A DNA stretch of 64,000 bases from Lama guanicoe (taxonomy: Eukaryota): the NCBI GenBank assembly GCA_013239625.1, contig MU053881.1, positions 9,757,957 to 9,821,956 on the forward strand, written 5' to 3'. The translations under genes and the position numbers were made by a program. The notes beneath the pieces were generated by a model that worked only from the letters and a program-made list of their open reading frames with translations, was not told the origin of the DNA and did not search any database. Positions within the stretch are counted from its first letter, which is position 1, and the number at the start of each line of letters is the position of its first letter. Shown piece after piece: positions 12,745 through 25,089 of this stretch.

Positions 12745-13420
12745 CACTTGTTCAACAGACTTTTATTAATTGCCTACTCTGGGTCAGACGCTGTCGACGA
12801 CATTGCATAGACAGCAGCGAACCACACAAGCCCACTGCCCTCACTGAGCTTTCACTCTAGTGGTGGACAGCAGTCAACATCTAAAGAAGTAAACATGGAC
12901 TATGTCTTGTGGCATTCTGGTAAGCCAGAGAAGAGAAGCTCTGACTGGTAGCAGCTGCCAACTTCCATGGTGTGAATAGTCAATTTCCAGCTTTTATGTC
13001 TTCACAATCACTGCACAAAATTTCTGAAAATTTAAATACTGGCTCTGGTGGGCAGGGCTTATTTTGTCAGACAGAATCAAGGGCTATGGAGAAACACAAT
13101 GCAGGGGTGGAAGGGAGGAGACTTGGAGCGAAGTGGCATTTGAGCAGAGGCTGGAAGGAACTGGGGGACCAATGTGGTTAAGCGTCTGGAGGAAGAACAG
13201 TTGAGGGAGGAGGAATGGAAAACAGAAAGGCCTGAGGTCAGGAGCACGTCTGGAATAACACGGATGGTGTGACTGGGGCAGAGGGAGCAAGTAGAGAGGA
13301 GTGGTGAGGCCAGGTGAGATCAGAGCGCCTCAGAGCCTATTCCAAGGACTGTCCCTCCTCTTCCGAAGGAGATGGGGCACCACTGGATCGGAGCAGAGGA
13401 ATAACAAGATTTATAATATA
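12745..13420 (-). mobile_element. LINE-2 3' portion
   Basis: 'ttcaacagacttttattaattgcctactctgggtcagacgctg', 'actgccctcactgagctttcactctagtgg', 'gagcagaggaataacaagat'. Confidence 0.7.
12935..13060. mobile_element. Possible MER63-like hAT fragment nested in L2
   Basis: 'ccaacttccatggtgtgaata' and 'tttctgaaaatttaaatactggctct' resemble MER63; the piece interrupts the L2 alignment. Confidence 0.45.
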
Positions 13421-14179
13421 TAGTCATGCTAAATTATTAAGAACTACTGTCATGTTCTGCCTCCAAAATAAATAATAAACGCAACAACACAGCCCAGAAA
13501 TCCTACGAAAGTCATGATCCGCTCAAGTGTACATGTAGCAAAATCTTTTTTTAAACCTGCAGTGGTGTTTTTGTTTTTTTTTCTTTATGAATGTAGGTTA
13601 CAGATGTGTGAATGTCACATTTTTTTGTGGCTAACTGGAAGCACTTGTTTGTCGTTCTACCAATGACCTGCAAGTCTGGCAAATCCAAATGTCTGTCTGG
13701 CAGTTGGTGGCCTGTAACTCAGGGTAAACAGTCACCCATTATGTTGTACAGCAAATTTCCCTGCTAGATCATTTTATGATACTCATTTGGTTTTTAAGCG
13801 GACCTCCCTGCACAGGCTTAGTAACAGCCTAGAGAACAGGCACAGATTTTGATAAAAAAACTGATTTTTAATGTTAAGACTAGTTTTAATACGAGCGATT
13901 TTTGTGCTAATGGCTTTTTAAAGTGCCACTTACCTGAATATTATAGCTAAAGTGGGTAACACTGCAAGAAGTAATTCTGCATTTTGTATCCATAAAACTC
14001 TGGTTTTGGTTTGTGAATTCTCCTAATGAGGTCTATATATGAGATAGTTAATACCCACTTGGCCTTCTTACAGATGCATCCCCTGACAAGAGGAGAGCTC
14101 TGTAAGAGAGTGTGAATGGTTCTGCACAAACTCATAAGAAGCATCAGGGAAAAAAAAAATAGAAAAGGTAAAACCGTTC

Positions 14180-14360
14180 CCTCTTACTGAGCACTTGCTA
14201 TTTGCCCAGCAAAACGCTAAGAGCTTTGTTTACATTACCTCCATCATCTCCCTTGAGCTAAGTTATTAACAGGTCAGGTTCAAAGCCTCTAAGTGAGTCA
14301 TACAAAGCCATGTGGGTTGTACATGGCAGACTTAGGACTTGATCCAACAGTGTGTTTTCC
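14180..14360 (-). mobile_element. MIR SINE fragment
   Basis: 'ttactgagcacttgctatttgcc..ctaagagctttg..tacattacctc' and 'ggacttgatccaac'. Confidence 0.55.
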
Positions 14361-14561
14361 CACCTGCCATGATTTACTGTCTCTAGTTAAAGGGTCAGAA
14401 GTAATAATGCCACAGGTAACCAGCACATATTACCCCAAAGATGTTTCCCCTTTAAATTTTTATAAATTAACCCATAAATCATGAGAGGTTATAAAACCAA
14501 TATTGACACACAAATTATTTTACTTTTTTATGTATCACGAGCCACTTTAAGTTCTTTGATT

Positions 14562-14848
14562 GGCATTTCCCAAAGGATATCCCATGGACCGCTAATTCCA
14601 TGGACTTTTCATGGTATCTCCTGGCCAAATTAGTTGGGGATACGCAGGGTAAACAAAGTTATATAAGCTGTTGTTGTTGCTTGTTTGTTTCTAAGGACCT
14701 CTTGGATTCTTTAATTACGGTCTTTGCCAATTCCTAAGAGGCCAGCCAATTTATTTCATTTCCCTAACCATATTTGATCAGGGAGCAGTCTCTTCCCACA
14801 TAGTAGCCCATGGAATGAGAGCTTCACAAGAGCATTTGGGGGGGAACT
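14562..14848. mobile_element. hAT-Charlie MITE (MER103/MER112-like)
   Basis: Imperfect inverted ends 'gcatttcccaaag' and 'catttgggggggaac'; internal 'ggccaaattagttggggatacgc..taaacaaagtta' and 'tttccctaaccatatttgatcaggga'. Confidence 0.6.
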
Positions 14849-16289
14849 TCCTTATGTTCAGGTTTCTAATACAAACAGAAGCCTCGTCTCTTCAGGAGAA
14901 CGCCTATCCCAGAGTTCAGTATTATCTCTGAAAGGGATGAATCAGAGCTGCGCACTTGTTTGTTTCTGTTTTAAAGAGTCTGGCATCCGTTCAGCTTCCG
15001 ACAGAGATGTGTAGATCTCGCTAAAATCAAAGAACAAAATTGTATTCCTTGAAGATAACTCTTATCACATTCTTAGACACCACAGGGGTATTTTCTTTGT
15101 AACTGGTAAGATATTGAACATCACCCAAGAACAAGCTGGCTTGGTTATAGACACTGACTGGAGGCAAAAGCCCAGATCCTTCTGTCTTCCACACGGTGTT
15201 TTCCCATTTGCAGGAAAGTGTGTATGTATTTGTGTGTGCGTGCATGTGCCTGTGAGTGTGTGTTCCCCGCCAGCACCTTTGGGCAAGTTTTGGTCTTGTC
15301 AAAATAACAGAATTATCAGCCTTTAGTCATCTAATCTGCCTGACTTCCCCCGGAGATTCAGCAAATTGCTCCTCAGAACCGGAAAAAGGGAGGGGAGGGA
15401 ATCTTCAGACTGACTGAAGACTTGGCCTCTCTGTGTATATTTCTTCTTGCCTTGAATAAACTTTCCTCTGAGCTGTGGATCAGAAAACTCAACCCACCAT
15501 GTACTAAACGGGGAAGGCTTCGTTCTACAGAGAGCAGGCTTCAAAGTCAGTTAAGGGCTGAATGCAATCAGGGCTCTATCCATTCCCTTCCAGGCCGAGA
15601 TTTTATTTAGGTTTTCCTAAACCCATCATGCATTTCTTCAGCAAACAGTTATTGATTGCATTTTATGTTTCCAGACCTTGTTCTCATTTGAGGTCCACAA
15701 TATCGAAATTGGGAATTTACAGCACTGGCAGTGAGAAATAAATGAAAATATGCATACAGAGTGTCTAGTATAGTGCCTAGCCCCTAAGATAGGCTTAATA
15801 AATCATAGTGATCATAAAAACCAAGGATGATAACAATTTTTACTGATTCATAGCTCTCAGAGATTTGAAGATTTCACACAATCAAGGATATTTCTTTCCA
15901 TAAGGATGAAAAAAAAAGCAGCTGCTTAAACTGTGTGTGGGGTTTTTTCCCCCTAGTAACTAGCTATAATTTCCAAAGTATTTACTCCTTGAAGTCTAGA
16001 TAATACAGACTGCTTTAAAGAAAAGATGCTGTCTTACAGGGGTGTCATTTTAAGCCCCATTTATTACAAATGCTCTAATTCATACTGGTTTATCAGATTA
16101 GTTTACAAATTACTCGGCAGGCACCTGAAAGATTAGGAAGTTGAAGTGTACATTTTATTAGAAGGGATTACAAAATGTCTTAGGCAAAGGGACTATTAGG
16201 GGAGCTACAAGAGAAGAGTCTCAGAAACCAGGGAATGGAAGTTCAAAGAGAGCAGAAGGAAGAAGGCAGACACCTTCAGATGGATAATA

Positions 16290-16845
16290 CAGTTTCTTTT
16301 AAGCCTTCTAGAACCGACATGAGCCAGAAGCCCCCGGATGGCTGGCTGGCTCTCTTGCCTCATATTATACTGCTATCTCTTTGTTCGTTACACTCAGTCA
16401 CACAGATCTACTGGTCCATCAAACTCCAAAAACGCCCCCATCCCAGTTTTGTGGCCTTGGGGTTCTCGCATTTGCCAGAATCCTCCTCTTCTCCCTCATG
16501 CTCCCTGACGTTTTCCCATGGTCGGCTCAAAGGCCTCAGCTCATTCATTAGAGAGGTCTTCCCTGATCATTTGACTTGAGGTATCCCCAGATACAGATAT
16601 ACTCCAACATATCATCCTAACTTGGGACTATCACTGCCTTTACTATAATCCAGAATTTTCTTCCTTATTAACTTAGTTATTTAGTTCAGTTGAGTTTAGT
16701 CTGACTCCATCCTAGTCTCTAGAATATACACGGGGTGGTTGACTATTTTTTAATCGCTGTATCTCGAGCACTGAGGACTGTGTCTGCCAACTAGTCAGTT
16801 GGCTCTCAGTTAAAAAATTGGTGAATGAATAAATGATTGAATTCA
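16290..16845 (+). mobile_element. LINE-2 3' portion
   Basis: 'tcagctcattcattagagaggtcttccctgatca', 'atcgctgtatctcgagcactgaggactgtgtctg'; tail 'gtgaatgaataaatga'. Confidence 0.7.
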
Positions 16846-18539
16846 GCATAAATAAAATCCTTCAAAGGGATGTTGAGAAATGGCAAAGAATAACTTCACC
16901 AAATTGACAATTTTGCCTACGGCAAAAGCAGAACATAACATTAATAATGTTCATTGATATTTTCTGGACTAATTTTGACATCTCTAATGAAAGAGTTGCT
17001 CCTTCATGCATGCAATTCTGGGAAATCAGTTATTATTCTAATCAATGTCTTGTTAATTTGAACAGTGGCTATTTTAAATCACCATAAAGGTGTGTTTGAC
17101 CATGTGTCACAGGCAGAATTTTCTACCCTTACATTTCTATTTAGTATAAGGTAACTCAACTTACATACAGAGGATTAATAATTATGCAGATACTTGTATA
17201 TTACAGGCTATCACGATGAACAATAACAGCTTTTATTTAAATGGATGCTTGACAAAATAGCATTACCTTTACACCCCTCAAAGACATATAACCAAGTCAT
17301 TACTTGTTTCATTTTATTAGTGACAAATTTCATTAGGTTAAGATTTTTTTTTAAATCCCACAGTTTCCCTCTTTGCTGTCATATTTCTTCTAAGAATGTC
17401 AGACTCCTGCTAACCCAATAAATAAGATACTCAGCGCTGTATGTCAAACACAAGTTCTTATCCAGAGCTCAAAAACATCTCATGCTACAAACAGAATGGC
17501 GATTACTGATGCAAAAAACGTATAGCTCCCTCAAGGCTTTTCAGAAATCTTGATTATTTAATCAGTGTTCCTGATTTGTAAGGCTAGGTAGTTGATGGTT
17601 CCCAAAATGTGTCACTTTGGACATTATCCAGATGGAGTGCCAGTTTTCATTTGCGATTAAAGAGGTAAGACCCAACAAGAAAGGTTTTCCACCATCTCGG
17701 ACTACAGCTCAACTTATATCAGATGACAAATAAAACGTGGCAGTCTGCTTTGCCGGTGATTTTAAAACAGAAACTTCATTGAACTGTCAGTTACCAAATG
17801 AGGTGATTAACTCTGATGCTGATTAAAGTTTTATACCGTGTTTTTATTACCGACGAGTTTCTTTTTTTCTTCTCCCTTTTGGGGGTCTAGTTCTTTCAAT
17901 ATAATGCTTACCTCCTGTGTAAGATTTCATGACGGCATTTAGGTTTGCACGTCTATACTGACTGGGGCTATCTTCAAGGACTTTCTATCGTGTGCTTGCA
18001 GAATTAACGTACAATATGCATTGCATAAAAAGAAAAAACCAAATCATGCATATTCCTTTCCCAGCTACACACAGGAACACCACAGTGACACTCAACTTAA
18101 CTCTCCCAGACATCTCTGCCTCTCTCTCTTTCCAGTCCTTTCATTTTCTGTGTACAGAGTTTCAATTTCTAATGACTAGGCTCCCAATTTAGAGCAACGT
18201 CATTCCTGAGATTGGCAGCTATACTGCCGAACTGGCAAAAGCTACAAGAAAAGTCGGACAGGGATTGGACAATAGCGAGCAGTCAGACCCCCCGGCCCCC
18301 AGAAGCATTTATTAGTATCACTACTAAGAAGTGCACAAGAGGTTCAGGGCCCAGGAGACAGAAGTCCAGGGGCTGAGGAAGCCGTCAGCTTAGGTGTTCA
18401 GGCCGGGGACGAGCCAGGATGCCAGGTTATGAGGCACCTTAAATGACGGGTACAAATGATGAGGTCAACGGGCTGGCCTGACCCAAAGATGGAATCAGTT
18501 GGGTCGTCCCCTTATACAACATTTCCCCTTCCTCTAGCT

Positions 18540-18950
18540 TCGGTCCTAAGCAACTTCTTTCCATTTCCTGGAAAGATCCCACTCACTCGGATTGTGAGGC
18601 ATGCATATTAATTTTCCTTCTTCCCAGAACATCCTTTCCCTTTCCTCTCCCCACTCCCCGCTATTTCTCCAGCTTTACGGTTGCGTCTCTCTCGGTTTTC
18701 ATTTAGACACCACTCCTATAGCAGAAAGACTCTGGTGACTGTGCGTGTACATTTTGTGTTCCCTTAGGGTCCGAGATATTTTCCAGCAGAGCACTTGGGC
18801 TGTAACAGGACTGCAGGTAACCAGTCTAGGTTGCTCACCAGGTACTAAATACCTTGAAGGTAAGCGCCATATTGATTTTTACACATCCTTGTATCTCCAG
18901 GATCCAGCACAGTGCCTTCCAAATGTTCAATAAGTATTTGTTGAAGGAAA
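18540..18950 (+). mobile_element. LINE-2 3' portion
   Basis: Ends in the canonical L2 tail 'ttgtatctccaggatccagcacagtgcc..tgttcaataagtatttgttgaa'. Confidence 0.65.
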
Positions 18951-19174
18951 AAACATTGCTGGTGGGTGTGGGTGTTTGTGGGCACTTGGGTAGAAGGAGG
19001 AAATTGATCGCTCCTTGTTGAAGAGTGAGCATTGCAGTGGTTGAAAAACTGCTATCTTCAGGGGCAGCTGAAGAAACTGAGATTGCTGACAATGATATAG
19101 GGAGAGGGTATAACTCTGTGGTACTCCATTCAGCAGTCCTGGGGATGCTGGTTTAGGTATTAAGAAAGCAGGTA

Positions 19175-19420
19175 ATAGTAATAATGCTTTCCAATCTCAC
19201 TGCACTTCATACCCAAAGGGTTTATTGAGTTTTATAAACACTGATTAATCATCCTTGCCCTAGTGAGGTGGGGATGAGTTATTATGTTCATATTATGGAG
19301 AGGAAAACCAAGTCAGGGAGAGATTAAGCGGTTAACCCAAGGTGAGGCAGTGAGTCACACAGAGAGCTGGCACTTAGGCACGGAGTTCTAAGCTTGCAGC
19401 TCTGGGCTGAGTGCACTAAG
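19175..19420 (-). mobile_element. MIR/MIR3 SINE
   Basis: Reverse core 'gaggaaaaccaagtcagggagagattaagcggttaacccaaggt'. Confidence 0.65.
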
Positions 19421-20129
19421 CACAGAACTGGAAGTTAATGCCTTCCTGATCCGCCCAGAAAGGAGGAGAACCTCTCTTTCCCGTAATTTCCCATTGCCAT
19501 TTGCACCATCACTGCCACTGTCTTAACTGCATGCCATACACACACCTAGCCCTTTCTGTAATTAAGTCAATGACTCTGGGGGTGGGGGGAGGGGGAACAC
19601 TTGAAATAAATTTTATTTTTACCACTTTAAAGATAAGAAAGCTGACTCTTAAAAACATTAATTAACTATTCATTAGGAGACTTGGGATTCAGAGCCCTGC
19701 TTCTCAGAAGTGAAAGCCGGTGTTGTGTTGTTTTACAACATTGTGTAACCGGAAGGCCTGCGTGTGTGCCGGTGCACGGTGGGGTCAGGGACGAGGTACC
19801 GGGAGGTGGTGCAACTCACAGAGGACCGCAGAGTAGTAGGATATAAATGAGTCTCAGTAAATGTTTGTGGAATAAATACAAGAAAGAAGCTAAACTTCCT
19901 CCCAAGATCCTAGGAAACGGAAGCTAGAGTCCAGCCTTGAATGGCCCAGGGTGACAGAGAATGAGCTCATGTCAAGTTCATTGCTATGACTCCTGGAGGC
20001 AAACACGATGAGCTGCGTCTGGGTGTCCTCCCACGAAGGGGAAATGGGAGGCAGAGGCAAGAGCTACCTTAACCACATCCTCACATCCCTTCCATTCCAG
20101 CAAGGCATACAGATCTACCCTTATTTTTT

Positions 20130-20605
20130 TCTCATTTAAATGTATATAGAAAGTGTATACAAAGGTGAATATATCAAGAAATTCATTACGATTCTGCTTA
20201 AACTAAGGAAGAATCTAGATCACCACCTGAACAGCCAACAAATGAGTATTAATTCAATTTACCAGTATCTTCAGCTATCTTACAACTTTTGCAGCCATTA
20301 AACACCGTGCTGTAGAAGTGATCTTTCAACACGTCGGCACTGCGAGTGCGTGGTTAAATGAAAAGAGGCACGTTACAGCAATATTAAATAGGTGTGGCCT
20401 TGGTCTTGCTTTGTGAAATAAAACTTATGTGTAAACACAAAAAACTCTGCAAAGAGACGCCCAGATAGTAACAGTGGTTATCTCCGGCGTGTGGGATTAC
20501 CGGTGTCTTTCTTTGGTTCATCTAGATTTTCTGAATCTTCTGAAATGATCATGCATTGTACTTGTAATGAGAACAACAAAAATTATTTTAATTTCGGGAA
20601 AAAAA
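20130..20605 (+). mobile_element. Old L1M (L1ME/L1MC4-like) 3' end
   Basis: 'gcagccattaaa', 'ttaaatgaaaagaggcacgttaca', 'taacagtggttatctc', 'atgcattgtacttgtaatgagaac'. Confidence 0.65.
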
Positions 20606-21534
20606 TTCAAACAGATGCCTGTGGAGAAAGAATAGGTTTTGAACCACCGGAATCATACACTAGGCACCAGCTGCTACCTGAAAAATCTCAGCTTTCGAAT
20701 AAGCCACAGACTCCTAAACAAACTGAAGCACGTGTCCTCCCTCCCTCGCCACACATACTGTTCTCAGCTACAAGAAATCAAATGATTCATCCTGTTCCCC
20801 TCCACCTCACCCTGACATAGCAAAGACGGAATGTGCACTATTTCCAAATCAAAATAGGCACGGTGCAGCAAAAGGCACTTCCAAATGATGAAATTAGATT
20901 AGAAGTTAAGACAAAATACACTTAACTGGCTTTTAAAGAAATTTGGTGGAACACATGGCTATAAACAGTACATTTGGGCAGCCAAACAAACTTTGCCCAG
21001 GGAAAATCAATTTTGCTCCCCAAACAATGAGAAAAATTACTTTAGATTCAACATTAAATGTTGTCCTAAGTATTTTTTAAGAAGCATTTCTATAACTGTG
21101 TAGAAACAGGAGTCAAAGGATGCCTCTGTTACCATGGTAACAGACTCTCTCAGAAGAGCCAAGGATGAAGTAGCATACATTCGTCCTGCATATATTTGGC
21201 CAATCAGTAAACAAAAGACTTAATCTGCATGCATCACATTAGGAAAGTGGTCAAGGTGTCCATGATTAGTAAAAGGGTAGGGGGTATTCAAGTATCCTGG
21301 GTTCAATCACACAGCCTCATTTTCAACTGAGCATTGATAACATTTTCTTCATTAGAAACCCATTATGAAGAGAAACCACTGCTAAAATGCCTGTAGATGC
21401 TTGAAAAATGGAAATCTTCATTACAGAATTTTTAACACATCAGCATCACATGCAAGATGGTACACTGCGACTAGAGGTATAGAGAAAATATGTGATAGTG
21501 TGAGAAACACATGCACCCTGAAACTCTGGGAGTG

Positions 21535-21830
21535 ATGGTAACAATAACAGTAGCTAACGTTCCCTGAACATCTCCTATGGTTCAAACAAGAGCCAAGTGT
21601 CCTAATTTTTTTCACTGACTCTTTCAAACAACATTAAGAGTTACAACAATGAGCTTTTTTTTATTCCCATTTTACAAACGATGTGAGAACTATTATTATT
21701 TGTTCTGCTGATGAGGGGACTCACACTTAGAGAATGAATCAACTGGGTCAAAGGTTCCCATCGTGGAAGGGTTGGAGCCTGGGGTTCACACCCAAGCAAT
21801 GGGCTACTGCGGACTCTGTCCACCCCACTG
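21535..21830 (-). mobile_element. MIR SINE
   Basis: 'tagctaacgttccctgaacatctcctatg', 'attcccattttacaaacga', 'gatgaggggactca', 'ggggttcacacccaagca'. Confidence 0.7.
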
Positions 21831-24267
21831 CGCTGCCAGCTGGGCCAGGGACTGACAGCATGGCTTTATAAACGTGACCTCACTTCTGAGTCCCTGGCTC
21901 AGGCTTTTGTGGGATTACAGTTAAGCAATGTACGTTAAGAGAAAGCACGTAATACTAACACAGTAAACACATAAACGTTCCTTCCTCCCTCTTGAAAACC
22001 TTCAGTTCCTCAGACCCAAGAAGGGGTTACTGCAGCTATGAACAGATCTTGACTCACTCAGCATGAGAGAGGTTTGGGAATGATTACAGTACTAAAAGCT
22101 CATTTTACTTTTTGGATGCAACTTCCTATTCCTTGAACATATGAACAGAGTTACCTACAAATAATACGGGCACGTGCTCACACGCACACACACATCCACG
22201 GGTTTCTGCTCGTATTTACTGACCCCCATCGTGTGAAATGGCCACAAGAAAAATGGTGGCAGGAATGGCAGCCAAGGGAAATACAATCAGAAAACAGTCA
22301 CCAGAAAACGAGATCTGTGACTCTGGGAGCTTCTGGGATGTCACCTTCCTCGGCTTCAATTTCCCCTGCTGGAGCAGGGAGGAGCTGGACGTTATTTCTT
22401 CTCAAGAACCTCCCAGGGGTAACCGTCCACGACGTGACTGCTGCTGTGAACTGAGTGGCCCCTGTTCATCCGAACCTTCCCTACGCCTTTCATACCTTTT
22501 TAGGACGTTCATACCTGGCAACGGGGAATGACCCATTTTGAGCTCCAGCGCCTGTTGCCTGCCTTCCACGCAGTTAACCTGACCCTTGTCAGTCTCTTCT
22601 TCATAACAGGCTTCTATAATGTGGCCCCGTATTAAAAATTTGATGCTCTTCTTTTTTAGTGTTTTTATTGAAATATCTGTCCTCAATTCTGTCACTCTAT
22701 GAATTAGCACCTGGGGATAAAGACCCTATAACTGGAGAGGGGACAGCACATCCTTGCTTAAGTGATCCAAATAGCCTCCAATATTCAAAATACTGACAGA
22801 GGTACTGATAACAGCAAAAAAATGGTGGCCCTTTGGAGGATCAGTCATTTGGGAACAGAATTATGGACTTGTTTTACTCTTCCTGACATGAACATTAAGT
22901 GAAATATTCTGTCACCTGGACCTGGGTTCATTTTTCAACGGCCTCATGATGCATTCTCGTTAGTAACATCCACTCAGAGAAGAGTATTTAGCATCTGTCT
23001 TTTACTTGACGCTTTTTCTTAGGTAAAATCATAAATAGATTCCCTGGATTTCACACCCACCTAAGCATAACATGAAGCTCATATTTAAGTCACCGACAGG
23101 GAATGTTTTCCTGCAAACCCGCCACGTGAGTACACGGAGCCTCCCTTTTCTGTGGTGGGGGGAGGTAGGAGCTTTGTGCCTTAAAAGGCACGACCAGGAG
23201 TGTCAATCGTCTGGCCCCTTAAGAGGCAGGCCCATTTGTTGCCTCAAATACCAGCAGCAGTTTGAATTCACCCAGAATGGTGTTTCAGAGAAATGCTTTT
23301 CATTGTCAAGAAGGGGAAGCTCTTCACCAAAGAAATGATCCCACGTTGGCAATGAGAATTGGGACCTTCCTCTCACCACCCCTCTAGAGCGGAATCTGCA
23401 AACTGCTGGCCCACAGGTTAACCCTAGAAGAGATTATACAGGGCTGCAGTGGGGGCTGAATAGTGTTCTACATTTGAATTAACTGCCAATGTTTAAAAAT
23501 CATTAGATTTCACTGCTTCTCTTGAAAAAGCTGGCAGCTCTGGGCCTGCATTACCACATGGCGACCATCTGCTGGACCTGGTAGGGGCTGCTCATGTTTA
23601 CAGTGGCATGTGCTCTCCACGCCCCAGCGTCCCCACCACTCCTGAGGGTTTCCTCTTCCACGGGGCTCAATGTCACCAGCCCCAGAGCATCTCACACCTG
23701 GGCCACTTCGCCATTTACTTCACCTGGACGGATACATATTTAACGGCAGGTGTGGCCTGGAGCCCCGAACACTGGGCATTAGTGCGGGACTTGGTTTTAC
23801 ACCTAGAGGCAGTGTCCTGGAGCTCCCTGCTGTGCGACAAGTTCACCCTTTTGTTGTGAGACTGGATGCGTAGTGGTAAGAGCGTCCTAGGAAATAACCC
23901 AGGATACCTGGGGCAGCTTGAGGCTCCTTGGGGGGTGTGAGGCAGTAACTATTCTTGATCTGCTGTGAAAGAGCCCGTACTTGGTGCTGAATTATCAGCC
24001 TTGCCCCAAGAGTTAACATTTGTGACCCTAGCTCTCAAGGATGCGTTCCTGAGCACACACATACATAACTGGTCCTACAAGCAAGGAAAAAAGATGCATA
24101 CTGATGGCAAAATGACATAGCACTGACTTTTTAGTCCCATCTTCCCCTTGACTATCATAGAGTGCTTCATTCATGATGACGCTTTAATTTAAAATATCTG
24201 ACAACTTTCTGTAACTTACAACAGCACCACTTGGAAACTTCTACAAAGCTTCGTGCCTGGTGTATAT

Positions 24268-24463
24268 CAGAATTTCTCAGCCTCAGTCCTGCTGACATTT
24301 TCGACCAGATGAAGTTTGGGTGGTGGTGGGGATGGGACTGTGCTATGCATGGTAACATTTTTTTTCTGCAGCATCCCTGGTCTCTACGTCTGACATGCCA
24401 GCAACATCCCCAGAGTGCCAACAGTCTCCTGGAAGACAAATGACTCTCGGTTGAGAGCCACTG
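24268..24463 (+). mobile_element. MER20 hAT-Charlie MITE with 8-bp target-site duplication
   Basis: 'tttctcagcctcagtcctgctgacattt', 'gcagcatccctggtctctac', 'ggttgagagccactg'; flanks gtgtatat (24260-24267) and gtctatat (24464-24471) match at 7 of 8 positions. Confidence 0.9.
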
Positions 24464-25089
24464 GTCTATATTCCCACAACCCAGAAGGGTCATGTGGCTG
24501 ACAATTGGCTGCTTACAACCCAAAGTGTCATATAATACATGATTAGGAACATAATGATGACTTAATTTCTCTATTACTACAAGTGGAGATTTCGTAATTT
24601 GTGACACTGCTTAACAGGTTATTAAATGATCAGGTCATTTAATTTCTTTAGTCTTTTGGGAAAAATTGAAAAGGAACAGTAGACAGTCACTTGGTATCTC
24701 CAAACTTTTGTTTTTTGAGAGACAGGGGTATGAGAAAAAGCACATACGACTTTTTTTTTTTTAATATTCTCTAATCTCATTAAAATTCTAATTCTTCTGT
24801 CTTCTGGAACATTTGGGATGATTTCAAGGTCTTCCCTCCAGAATACTTACTATGACTGATTTTTTTTAAAAAACACACACGTGCTTAATTACTAACCTTC
24901 CTACAAACACGAGACCACAAGGAAGAATCAGACTTAGGGAAGTTAAATGACTCCTCCAGAGCCAAAGACTGTTCCCAGTTTTGATCCTTACACTTGTCTT
25001 TGATCTCTTTCGAGGGAAGAATCTCGGGCATGATTTGCAGAGACGGTACATTAAGTAGTTTTTCTCACTCCCTGTTCTGGGTATTTCCC

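Noticed and set aside
17912..17995. Minus-strand donor GAG|gtaagc suggesting an exon
   Set aside because: No good acceptor; all three frames from the best upstream AG contain stops.
24167..24607. Longest ORF (146 aa, minus strand)
   Set aside because: It runs through the MER20 element, has a GTG start and shows no protein-like features.
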